The notes beneath the pieces are model-generated. The model was not told the origin of the DNA. It saw only the letters and a program-made list of their open reading frames with translations, and did no database searches. Below are positions 55,047 to 64,000 of a stretch of 64,000 nucleotides of DNA, one piece after another; positions within the stretch are counted from its first letter, which is position 1, and the number at the start of each line of letters is the position of its first letter. Origin of the DNA: a virus; the IMG/VR virus record IMGVR_UViG_3300014838_000019, positions 1-64,000 of that record. One strand, written 5' to 3'. The position numbers were made by a program, and so were the translations under genes.

Positions 55047-57632
55047 ATGGCCACTCAATTATTGTCTTCGTTCGGAACACGAGGCGACAGCAGCTATACA
55101 ACGACTGGAGTCCATCAAGGTCTCGCAGATTTAAGTATAGATATTACTGATACCGCCCATCTATCCACATATTTTCAAGTGGTTGAGTTCAATCCTGTGT
55201 TTACGGCAGGAAAGAACTCCATTTCGTTCAATGGTTCTAGTCTACTGGCGGTTGGCTCTGAGATAAAAATCGAAGTCTTAGATGCCGGTGGGAACTCCTT
55301 ATATTTAAAATCCCCACCAGCGACAGCCAATTACATTGATGTTGCTATCTTTACGGTTTCCATTTATGTGTATGAGGATACTGTAGCTGGATCGGGAAAA
55401 GTCATTTTAGTGGGAACTACTATTAACGGTGAAAGTGTTCGATGGACGGGAAATATAAGTATAAACACCACGTATAAAAATGTTTCACGTACTCGATTTT
55501 ATTATGCCCCCACTATAGAATCTCTTCCGCTCTTACTTCCCACGGTTGATTTAACAACTGGAGCTACCCTTGGTGTAGATGCAATCTTAACCGGATCATG
55601 CACGGGTCAGTCATTGATTGGGGCAACAATAGCCAATGGACCAAACTCTAACTATAGAGTGGACTTGACGGCGTTCTCATCAAGTATTGGATTTATTACT
55701 GGATTTGGTTCGCAACTTATTGGGCAAAACATTTCGCTATACGTTTACAAGGCAAAAAATCTATTCAATAATGGTATGGATGTTGTAAACTCAACTCAGT
55801 CGTTTACCATAAAAAACGTCATTAGTCCCACAGAACTTCAACTTGACGGTGATGTAGTTGATACCTCTACCACTCAACTATCTCAGTATCTATCTCCTTA
55901 TTTCATAGGAAGCTTTTATATAAGCTATAGCCAAACGGGTTATTTGAATCAAGCAACGGCGGTTCCCTGTGTTGGAACTTATAATGCACTATCACATTCT
56001 ATGACGCTTATTGCAAACAACTCATTTTTTACAGCATCAATGATTGGAAATGCCATTCAAGTAAACTATGATACATTGTATCTTGGAAATGGAAGTCCTA
56101 CCTTGACGTTAAATCCATCAATATCTTCGTCTACAAACAGAATACCTATAACATCATCGGTTTATACAGTCTTAACAGTTAAGGATTCTTATACAGCAAG
56201 TATAACACCTGTAACGTATAATCTTTATTCTGGAAACCCACATGTTGTGGCTCCAACTATATACACCGCATCCAAAATTTTAGGCAGTGTGACATCTCTA
56301 AGTTCATCCACTGCATATCAGTATTATACAACTGTATATTCATCATCCGTGCTTCTCCAAAAATCCTACATGGATGTTGTATTTCGAAATTTAGATACTT
56401 TTACGGGATGTGTTGCCAGCCAAAAATTGTATGCCATGAGCAACATTTATCCCGGTGATTTTGAACTTGTAAGTAATACTCAAATTGGTCCCACGGAATT
56501 ATTGTATGATCCTATTACGGTAAACAAAAACTATGCGGATATTGGAATATTTTACAATCAAGACCAAGTGAATAAATACTGGTATGCTTCTTCCGCATCG
56601 CTTTCACTTATTCAAAGTGATACTCCAGTGTTAAGTTCAATGACCATACAATCGTCTCCGAATTTTACGGGGGCGGATGGAAATAGTTATGTCGTCGTCA
56701 AAACATCTGCTATAAATGTTAATAATGATAGCAATTATTATCCATATGACCAAGTAAGTTTTGATGATTTTAATGGAACAGGTTACACATCCAATTTCAT
56801 ATTTCTTCTTAAAAATGTTTTATATGCTCTGACGACAGACGTAACTATCAATAAGAATCCCAATGTTTCAGCCAAAGTATCGTTTTACATGACAAGTTCG
56901 TCTCCTGAAATTTCGGGTGAACCAAATTTCGATCCAATATATGGTCTGAAAATAGGAGAGGTAAGTGTAACCGATTTAGTATCAAAGAAGGTATTCTCGC
57001 CATCACCAGAGTTATTTTTTACACCACTCAACGATTATTATGGCACGTTGGTTATTGTGCCCTATCAATGTAATGTGACGCTTGCAAATATGTCTATGGT
57101 AAACTATGGGGATTATGGATTTTCTCCCGGTGGTGCTACGATTCAAATTCCGTTTCCATTACATGTTGCAAATGAAACATACACGATAAAAGCGGAACTC
57201 TACGATAACAATTCAAATTTGGTATATACAACTGCTCCAATCATACAAACATTTGATCCGTTGGGATTGAGTCTATATGGAAGCAGTATTATCGCCACGG
57301 CTGGGTCTGGAAGCACAATTCCAACTGTGGTTCCAACATTTACGGTTACAAACAATTTATTTCTCCAAGGACTTACGCAACTAACCCCGCCGATGAAGTT
57401 TTTGGCATACGAACCATTCAATGGTATGGTAGGATTTACACCGGTATCAAATATAAGCTTAATTCCAACAAATGTTAATGATGCGGGATCAGTTGATTAT
57501 ATTAACATAGAACTTAATGGAGGAGCCAATATTGGAAGGTCTTTAGCCGTTAGATATAGCGGAAGCTCTCCAAATGTATTCGGTCGCCGAGTCTATGTGG
57601 ATCAGAGTGGTAACAAAACAACTTATATGTAA
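55047..57632 (+). CDS. Large Ser/Thr-rich putative virion protein
   Basis: FTAGKNS...EIKIEVLD N-terminus; TATGTATA upstream. Confidence 0.65.
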   Translation: MATQLLSSFGTRGDSSYTTTGVHQGLADLSIDITDTAHLSTYFQVVEFNPVFTAGKNSISFNGSSLLAVGSEIKIEVLDAGGNSLYLKSPPATANYIDVAIFTVSIYVYEDTVAGSGKVILVGTTINGESVRWTGNISINTTYKNVSRTRFYYAPTIESLPLLLPTVDLTTGATLGVDAILTGSCTGQSLIGATIANGPNSNYRVDLTAFSSSIGFITGFGSQLIGQNISLYVYKAKNLFNNGMDVVNSTQSFTIKNVISPTELQLDGDVVDTSTTQLSQYLSPYFIGSFYISYSQTGYLNQATAVPCVGTYNALSHSMTLIANNSFFTASMIGNAIQVNYDTLYLGNGSPTLTLNPSISSSTNRIPITSSVYTVLTVKDSYTASITPVTYNLYSGNPHVVAPTIYTASKILGSVTSLSSSTAYQYYTTVYSSSVLLQKSYMDVVFRNLDTFTGCVASQKLYAMSNIYPGDFELVSNTQIGPTELLYDPITVNKNYADIGIFYNQDQVNKYWYASSASLSLIQSDTPVLSSMTIQSSPNFTGADGNSYVVVKTSAINVNNDSNYYPYDQVSFDDFNGTGYTSNFIFLLKNVLYALTTDVTINKNPNVSAKVSFYMTSSSPEISGEPNFDPIYGLKIGEVSVTDLVSKKVFSPSPELFFTPLNDYYGTLVIVPYQCNVTLANMSMVNYGDYGFSPGGATIQIPFPLHVANETYTIKAELYDNNSNLVYTTAPIIQTFDPLGLSLYGSSIIATAGSGSTIPTVVPTFTVTNNLFLQGLTQLTPPMKFLAYEPFNGMVGFTPVSNISLIPTNVNDAGSVDYINIELNGGANIGRSLAVRYSGSSPNVFGRRVYVDQSGNKTTYM

Positions 57633-57696
57633 AAATATTATGGGATTTTCTGTGTTTTTTCTGTGTTTTTTCTGTGTTATGATATAGTTATAGAAC

Positions 57697-57855
57697 ATGG
57701 ACAACAAGTTATATCAGATCAAATACCGTCGCCACAAGGAGAAAAATGGGTGGCGATATTTTTCTACTATTGTCCCTCCTGATTGTTATTTGGAATTGAA
57801 GAAGTTTTATCTCCGGTGGAAAAGTGAGAATATAGAAAAGTGGAACAATAAATGA
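57697..57855 (+). CDS. Small basic hypothetical protein (52 aa, not in ORF track)
   Basis: MDNKLYQIKYRRHKEKNGW...; ATGA-coupled to the GIY-YIG gene. Confidence 0.5.
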   Translation: MDNKLYQIKYRRHKEKNGWRYFSTIVPPDCYLELKKFYLRWKSENIEKWNNK

Positions 57856-58676
57856 AAACTGGAGTTTATAGAATACGAAATATAATAAATAACCATTGTT
57901 ATATTGGAAGTTGTGCCCACAAAACGGGAATTAAACATAGATGGAGAACTCACGTTCATGGTCTAAAACATGGCAGACATCATTTTATCATATTACAACG
58001 AGCATGGAATAAATATGGAGAAACCAATTTTCAATTCGAAATATTAGAGACGTGTATTCCGTCCGAGTGTATTAATCGAGAACAATTTTATTTGGATACA
58101 CTGACTCCGAAATATAATGTATTAAAAATTGCAGGGAGTTCATTGGGAAGAAAAATGTCGCCGGAACAATATGAAAAAAATAAAAATAGGTCATACGATT
58201 GGATGAAAGGCGATAAAAATTGGAATAAATCTCCAGAAAAACGAGAATTTTATAGACGGAGAATTAAAACGCAAAATTTACGACAATATCTTACGGCAGA
58301 TTCGTTTCTAAAAATATCAAAGTTTCATAAGGGCCGTCCAAAATCGGAAATTCAAAAACAACGAATGTCAGAAGCAGCTATAGGAAAACCCAAAAGTAAG
58401 GAACATGTGGAAAAAATGAAAGCATGGGCAAAGGAAAATAATTCTGGAGAAAAGTCATATTTTCATACTCATAAATTTATCTTCCAAGGAAAAGACAATC
58501 CCGGATTTTCCGGGTATTACAAATTTAGGAATAGAATTACAAATGAAGAAATTGTATGTGCCCAATTTGAGTTTGCTAATAAATTTAATTTTGATAGCGG
58601 ACGAATATCTGCAATATGTTTAGGTAAACGGAAGTCTCATAAACAATGGATTTGTCTCGGAAAGGAAACTATTTAA
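57852..58676 (+). CDS. GIY-YIG homing endonuclease
   Basis: GVY...YIGS...LQRAWNKYGE...REQ...YN; NUMOD3-like repeats. Confidence 0.9.
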   Translation: MKTGVYRIRNIINNHCYIGSCAHKTGIKHRWRTHVHGLKHGRHHFIILQRAWNKYGETNFQFEILETCIPSECINREQFYLDTLTPKYNVLKIAGSSLGRKMSPEQYEKNKNRSYDWMKGDKNWNKSPEKREFYRRRIKTQNLRQYLTADSFLKISKFHKGRPKSEIQKQRMSEAAIGKPKSKEHVEKMKAWAKENNSGEKSYFHTHKFIFQGKDNPGFSGYYKFRNRITNEEIVCAQFEFANKFNFDSGRISAICLGKRKSHKQWICLGKETI

Positions 58677-58678
58677 TT

Positions 58679-59368
58679 ATGAAAAAATGCAAGGGAATGT
58701 CAAATTTAGAGATAGTTTCCCATTATCTCAATGGAACTCGCCCGTTTACTCAATTATCAATGAATATTTCCGAAAAAGAAAAGCATCGAGAAAATGGAGA
58801 AAAATGGACTGTGGATGGAAAGGAATATAAAAGGGAAAATGGGAAAACAATTTGTATTACAAAAACACAAGGAGATATTATTCGGGAGGCTATTGGAAAC
58901 GGATTAAATTGTAAACAATGTGGAGCGCAATATAAGTGGGTAGGAAAAAAAGACCAAAAATTTCTACGACGATGTGGATTATGCATGGATTGTTTGATTG
59001 ATTATGAAACAAAACTTAGAATTTTGGGAATTTATCCAAATTATGAAATATATAAATTAGCATCGTATGAATTGGATTCGTTAAAAACCCGACGGTCTCA
59101 ATTTGAAGAGGTCATTGAATATTTTACGAAAACTAATGGAGATATAATAAAAGTCGCAGAATCCGAATATGACCCCAATATAGTATGGAAAAATACTAAT
59201 AAGACTAAAATCCTCGCCGACTCCAAGAAAGATTTGGGCGAAGTCAATAAAAGAATTGATGCTCTCGAACAAATCCGAGATGAATGTAAGGCAAAGTATA
59301 TCGAATTAGCAACCAAATACGGACTTGAAATTTTATGCCATACGGACAAATCTCTTATCAAGAGTTAA
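58679..59368 (+). CDS. Hypothetical zinc-binding protein upstream of terminase
   Basis: CKQC...CMDC motifs and a coiled coil. Confidence 0.7.
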   Translation: MKKCKGMSNLEIVSHYLNGTRPFTQLSMNISEKEKHRENGEKWTVDGKEYKRENGKTICITKTQGDIIREAIGNGLNCKQCGAQYKWVGKKDQKFLRRCGLCMDCLIDYETKLRILGIYPNYEIYKLASYELDSLKTRRSQFEEVIEYFTKTNGDIIKVAESEYDPNIVWKNTNKTKILADSKKDLGEVNKRIDALEQIRDECKAKYIELATKYGLEILCHTDKSLIKS

Positions 59369-60981
59369 TAAAAAACGAGTATAAGAAGTGCATGGAATCT
59401 CCCGTGTACTTCATGAAACATTATGTCAAGATTAAGCATCCTATGCGGGGTACTATTCTTTTCGATTTATTTAGTTTTCAAGAGGAAACTCTGGATTCGT
59501 TTCATAAATACAAATTTAACATCATCCTAAAATCCCGTCAGATGGGTATCTCAACCCTTGTTGCTGCGTATTCCCTTTGGCTGATGACATTTTTGAAGGA
59601 TAAGAATGTCCTTCTGATTTCATTGCGCCAAGACGATGCCAAAGATGTTGTAGCTAAAGTCAAAGATGCCTATGAAGCATTGCCTAAATGGTTGAAAGTC
59701 AAGTGTCTTGAAGATAACCGTCTATCCATGAAATTCAGCAATGGATCGGCGATCAAGGCTGCATCTACGACTAAAAAATCAGGTGTTGGTCAAGCACTCT
59801 CCCTTCTAATTATCGACGAAGCTGCACTTATTGATGAAGCCGAAGAGTTGTGGACTTCTGCACAACCTACTCTGTCAACTGGTGGTAACGCCATCATCCT
59901 TTCTACCCCTCGTGGTGTTGGTAATTGGTTCCACAAAATGTGGCAAGGTGCTGAAGCTGACAATATGGATAACACTACGGGTAAGAATGGATTTCATCCT
60001 ATTACTCTCCCGTGGCAGTTACATCCTGAACGTGATGACGAATGGCGTAGGGTTGAAGGAGAAAAGCAAGGAAATCCCAAGAAGGCTTCACAGGAGTATG
60101 ACTGTAACTTTCTTGCATCAGGTGATAACGTTGTTGATCTTAACATCATTGAATTTTACAAAAAGAACAAAGCCCTCGACCCCATCGAATGTCGTGGTAT
60201 GGACAGGAACTTGTGGATATGGGAATATCCCGACCGAAATCATGTCTATGTAATTGCGGCTGACGTAGCCCGGGGCGACGGAGCCGACTATTCTGCTTGC
60301 CATGTGTTAGATATAAGCCGAGAGAAACCAGTTCAAGTTGCCGAGTATAAAGGAAAGATAGAAACCAAGGATTTTGGTGACTTTCTGGTGGCGTTGGCTA
60401 CAGAATACAATGGCTGCTTGCTTGTAGTTGAACGTGAAAACGTTGGGTGGGGTACTATTCAAGAAATTCTTGACCGTGGATATTCGAATACTTTTTATAG
60501 TTCTGCTGACCTTAAATATGTAGAAGTTCAACGTCAGTTGAATAATAAGTGGGCGTCTGAAGATAAGAAATTGGTCCCGGGATTCAGCACGAATATGAAA
60601 ACCCGCCCATTGATTATCGACAACATGGAGCATTACATGCGTCAGATGGCAATTGAGATTAGATCAAAGCGCACTTTGGCAGAATTGGAAACGTTTATTT
60701 GGAAGAACGGAAAACCTATAGCAATGGAAGGGTATAATGACGACTTAGTTATGTCTTTGTGTATTGCGCTGTGGGTTCGAGATACGGCTCTTCGTCTTCG
60801 TCAAGAAGGCGTCGAGTTGACCAAACTCGCTGTAGGAGGAATTACATCGACTCAAAAGGATAATACGCCTGTTTATAAAGCGAAACAGCAGCAAGCGGGA
60901 TTCAATTCATGGAAGATGAACACTGGACGCCAAGGATTTGGTAAAGAAAATCAAACGGATATACGGTGGCTTTTAGGTTAA
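59335..60981 (+). CDS. Terminase large subunit (T4 gp17-like)
   Basis: KSRQMGIST Walker A, LLIIDEAA Walker B, STPRG, ADVARG nuclease motif, NDDLVM. Confidence 0.95.
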   Translation: MPYGQISYQELIKNEYKKCMESPVYFMKHYVKIKHPMRGTILFDLFSFQEETLDSFHKYKFNIILKSRQMGISTLVAAYSLWLMTFLKDKNVLLISLRQDDAKDVVAKVKDAYEALPKWLKVKCLEDNRLSMKFSNGSAIKAASTTKKSGVGQALSLLIIDEAALIDEAEELWTSAQPTLSTGGNAIILSTPRGVGNWFHKMWQGAEADNMDNTTGKNGFHPITLPWQLHPERDDEWRRVEGEKQGNPKKASQEYDCNFLASGDNVVDLNIIEFYKKNKALDPIECRGMDRNLWIWEYPDRNHVYVIAADVARGDGADYSACHVLDISREKPVQVAEYKGKIETKDFGDFLVALATEYNGCLLVVERENVGWGTIQEILDRGYSNTFYSSADLKYVEVQRQLNNKWASEDKKLVPGFSTNMKTRPLIIDNMEHYMRQMAIEIRSKRTLAELETFIWKNGKPIAMEGYNDDLVMSLCIALWVRDTALRLRQEGVELTKLAVGGITSTQKDNTPVYKAKQQQAGFNSWKMNTGRQGFGKENQTDIRWLLG

Positions 60982-61048
60982 ATGCGGAATATTTATAGTA
61001 AAGGCCACTAGGTCTTCCACATATACACACTAAATCAAAAGACATATT

Positions 61049-63169
61049 ATGCCAAGTTCAAACCAAATACCGCCGACCAAGCCATTTGAGGACGAAATAC
61101 TCGACGTAAAGAAGCAATCGCTATATGCGAGGCTAAAACGATTGTTCTCAACTGACGTTATTGTCCGCAACGTTGGTGGTAAACAACTCAAGATAAAAGA
61201 CACCGATAGCATAATGTATGCTACGGATCGTAACAGTCTGAGAGACCGCTTCAACCGCATTCGTTCTTCGGGTTATAACGCTTATACTCGTGATTTTGCA
61301 CTGTCCTATCAAGCTGCTCGCATGGACCTCTTTCGTGATTACGATACGATGGACATGGACCCAATTTTATCTTCTGCCCTTGACATTTATGCCGATGAAT
61401 GTTTGACGTATAACGAAGTGGGTAAGATGATTACGGTTCATTCTACGAATAACAACGTCAAACGTATTCTTGAAAACCTATTTGACGAAGTTCTAAACGT
61501 CCGTTTCAATTTGTGGTCGTGGGTAAGAAACATGGTTAAGTATGGAGATTTCTATCTTAAACTCTATGTCACTCCCGAATACGGTATTTACATGGTTGAG
61601 CCAATATCAGCCTATAACGTAGAACGTATTGAAAACTCCGATCCCTCCAATAAACGCTACGTTAAGTTCCAACTTCGTCCAACCGATACATCTCAAGCTG
61701 AAATCCTTGAAAATTACGAAGTGGCTCACTTCCGTCTAATTTCCGATTCTAACTTCTTACCTTACGGCAAAGCAATGATTGAAGGTGCTCGCCGTGTTTG
61801 GAAACAACTATCTCTGATGGAAGACGCCATGCTTATCAGCCGTATCATGCGTGCTCCTGAACGTCGTATTTTCTATACTGATATTGGAAACATCCCACCA
61901 AACGAAGTGGATGCTTACATGCAGAAGATGATGGACAAAATGAAGAAGGTTCCATACGTCGATGAGCAAACGGGTGAATATAACCTTCGATTTAATTTAC
62001 AGAACATGATTGAGGATTATTATATCCCCGTTCGTGGTGGTGATAGCGGAACTAAGATCGACACTTTGGCGGGTATGGAGTGGACGGGTATTGACGATCT
62101 TGAATACGTCAAGAACAAGATGATGGCTGCTCTGAAGATTCCAAAGGCATTCCTTGGATATGAAGAGGGCATTTCCGGTAAAGCTACACTGGCATCCGAA
62201 GACGTTCGTTTTGCACGCACCATTCAGCGTTTACAACGCATTATTTGTTCTGAACTTAGCAAGATTGCTATTGTTCACTTGTATGCCCAAGGTTATCGTG
62301 ATGAATCCTTAGTTGACTTCGAAATCGAACTTACCAATCCATCTACCATTTTCGAAAAGGAAAAGATAGAAATTTGGCAAGATAAGATTGGTGTTGCAAT
62401 TGACATGGTGGAAAATAAATTCTTCTCATTCAATTGGGTTTACAAAACCATATTTAACATGTCTGAAGATGACATTCGTGATGTTAAAGATGAAGTTGTT
62501 GATGATGCCAAACAGAAATATCGTCTCAATAAGATTGAGGAGGATGGTGATGATCCAGCGAAGCCGTTTAAAAAAATTGGTGGTGGAAAAGGTGATGATG
62601 GTGATGACGAAGGTGGTCTTGGAGACATCGGCGGTGGTGGAGGAGGGCATGGGGGCGGCGGAGGTGGAATGGGAGGAGATTTGCCTGACTTAGATGACCT
62701 TGGAGGAGATGAGGGGGAAGGAAAAGATGGAGAAAAGGGAGATGAGGGAGATGAGGAAGACAATGATAAGGGTGAAAAAGAAGAAGCTCCCGACATGAAA
62801 AAGATCAAAGAAGTCGTGGATGTTAAAGACACCCGTGATCGAAGCGACCGTGACCAAAGCGACCGTGACCAGACAGGAGAGAAAGTAGCTCCGGCAATAG
62901 CCGAAGACCCAATTGGTCGGTTAGAACGTTCAGCAACCCAAAAGAAAAAGAGTGAAGGAAAACCTAAGAGTGCGCTTACTCATAACTTTGAGGGCGGAAG
63001 CCCATTGGTTCTGAAAGAAAGATCAGTTCCATATGTTGATACGGGTATGGTGAAGAGTCTTTCGGAGTTCCTAAAAAAGACTCAACCTGAAACTAAACAA
63101 GAACTTTTAAGTGAGAATCAAAAGAGCGGAAGTAAGTCCATGATGGATGTTTCCAACATTTTAGAATAA
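61049..63169 (+). CDS. Portal protein (T4 gp20-like) with acidic/Gly-rich C-terminal extension
   Basis: MEDAMLISRIMRAPERRIFY, EDYYIPVRG and ALKIPK motifs. Confidence 0.93.
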   Translation: MPSSNQIPPTKPFEDEILDVKKQSLYARLKRLFSTDVIVRNVGGKQLKIKDTDSIMYATDRNSLRDRFNRIRSSGYNAYTRDFALSYQAARMDLFRDYDTMDMDPILSSALDIYADECLTYNEVGKMITVHSTNNNVKRILENLFDEVLNVRFNLWSWVRNMVKYGDFYLKLYVTPEYGIYMVEPISAYNVERIENSDPSNKRYVKFQLRPTDTSQAEILENYEVAHFRLISDSNFLPYGKAMIEGARRVWKQLSLMEDAMLISRIMRAPERRIFYTDIGNIPPNEVDAYMQKMMDKMKKVPYVDEQTGEYNLRFNLQNMIEDYYIPVRGGDSGTKIDTLAGMEWTGIDDLEYVKNKMMAALKIPKAFLGYEEGISGKATLASEDVRFARTIQRLQRIICSELSKIAIVHLYAQGYRDESLVDFEIELTNPSTIFEKEKIEIWQDKIGVAIDMVENKFFSFNWVYKTIFNMSEDDIRDVKDEVVDDAKQKYRLNKIEEDGDDPAKPFKKIGGGKGDDGDDEGGLGDIGGGGGGHGGGGGGMGGDLPDLDDLGGDEGEGKDGEKGDEGDEEDNDKGEKEEAPDMKKIKEVVDVKDTRDRSDRDQSDRDQTGEKVAPAIAEDPIGRLERSATQKKKSEGKPKSALTHNFEGGSPLVLKERSVPYVDTGMVKSLSEFLKKTQPETKQELLSENQKSGSKSMMDVSNILE

Positions 63170-63333
63170 GTAAAACGTATCTCCATACAAAATGGAGGTT
63201 TAGACGATATTGTCTATATTTATAATAGTTGAAGATAAATACCAAATACTATGCAGAAGGTGGAATATAAATGCCCTTGTCCAGATGATTCGGAAATCGA
63301 AACATTTTCTAATATTTTGGAGAAATCATAATT

Positions 63334-64000
63334 ATGAGTCAACAGAAGAAAATGCGCCATTCCAAATTTCGTAATACCGGAATCTTGTTTGAGTTGCTAA
63401 CCAAACAAGTTACTGCCGATATTATTTCAGGGAAAGATTCTTCGATAGCTAAAGACTTACTTCATAAGTATTTTCGGGAGACCACCGAGCTTGGGAGAGA
63501 GTGGCAACTGTATAGCACCCTGCTCAATGAAAAGATAAAGGACGAACCCCACGCCGAACGATTTTTTTCCGTTATTTTGGAAGCACGTAAGAAGTTGAAT
63601 AGTCGAAAGCTTTCCATGCTTAAGTATGACTTAATCAAGGAAATAAAGGATGCATATCCTATAGAGGAAATGCTAAAAGCCCCCGTTCGTAACTATAGAG
63701 TCTTGGCTTCTATTTATAAAGCTTTTGAAGACGTTGTAACCCCCGATTGTAAGTTTGATGTCAAAGAAGTGTATCAAGCTAAAAACTGCATCGTAGAACA
63801 CATCGTTGACCGACCGAAGGCATCACACCCCGAGGACGAACTCATCAACTATTATCAAACTCAAACGGAGGATATACGTCTTCTAACTTACAAACTTCTC
63901 TGCGAAAAGTTTAATGAAAAATATTGCAGTGTTCTTGACGAGGACCAACGGGCAGTTTTGCGGGAATACATCTGTAATGTTGCTAATACCAACAACTTCG
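63334..64000 (+). CDS. Hypothetical protein downstream of portal (runs off the window)
   Basis: MSQQKKMRHSKFRNTGILFELL...; no stop codon seen before the window end. Confidence 0.75.
   Translation, partial: MSQQKKMRHSKFRNTGILFELLTKQVTADIISGKDSSIAKDLLHKYFRETTELGREWQLYSTLLNEKIKDEPHAERFFSVILEARKKLNSRKLSMLKYDLIKEIKDAYPIEEMLKAPVRNYRVLASIYKAFEDVVTPDCKFDVKEVYQAKNCIVEHIVDRPKASHPEDELINYYQTQTEDIRLLTYKLLCEKFNEKYCSVLDEDQRAVLREYICNVANTNNF

Noticed and set aside
57645-57678. (TTTTCTGTG)x3 as a regulatory repeat or origin
   Set aside because: Short low-complexity repeat with no other support.
59335-63169. Inteins or introns in terminase and portal
   Set aside because: Motif spacing is normal, with no intein-like insertions or frame breaks.

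Overview
This window is a 64-kb segment of an AT-rich, T4-like (myovirus-type) jumbo phage genome that uses the standard genetic code and is coded almost entirely on the + strand. Positions 1-15 kb form an RNA-rich accessory region. It holds 16 conventional tRNA genes (complete Ser and Ala isoacceptor sets), a D-armless tRNA-Arg(TCT)-like gene, several non-tRNA RNAs closed by tRNA-like acceptor stems, and a phage-encoded type-A-like RNase P RNA (~7789-8135) with a highly divergent specificity domain. The same region carries a tnpB-only IS200/IS605 element whose RuvC-III catalytic Asp appears replaced by Gly, plus coaD, a 2H phosphoesterase, a stand-alone MqsA/YgiT zinc finger and several lipoproteins. 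Positions 16-47 kb hold phoH, SASYA-repeat fibre proteins, a putative late sigma factor and a long baseplate/tail module. That module is interrupted by homing endonucleases and by small cargo genes (Acb1-like 2H phosphoesterase, ADP-ribosyltransferase-like protein) that share an MIKLxxLLxE N-terminal leader resembling a capsid-targeting signal. Positions 48-64 kb hold GIY-YIG endonucleases, a RuvC-like resolvase, primase, a single-ORF SbcD-SbcC (gp47-gp46) fusion, terminase large subunit and portal. A TATTTAT(A) motif precedes many late genes, and several decayed homing-endonuclease stubs sit between that motif and the downstream gene. All calls come from reading motifs by eye; no database searches were run.
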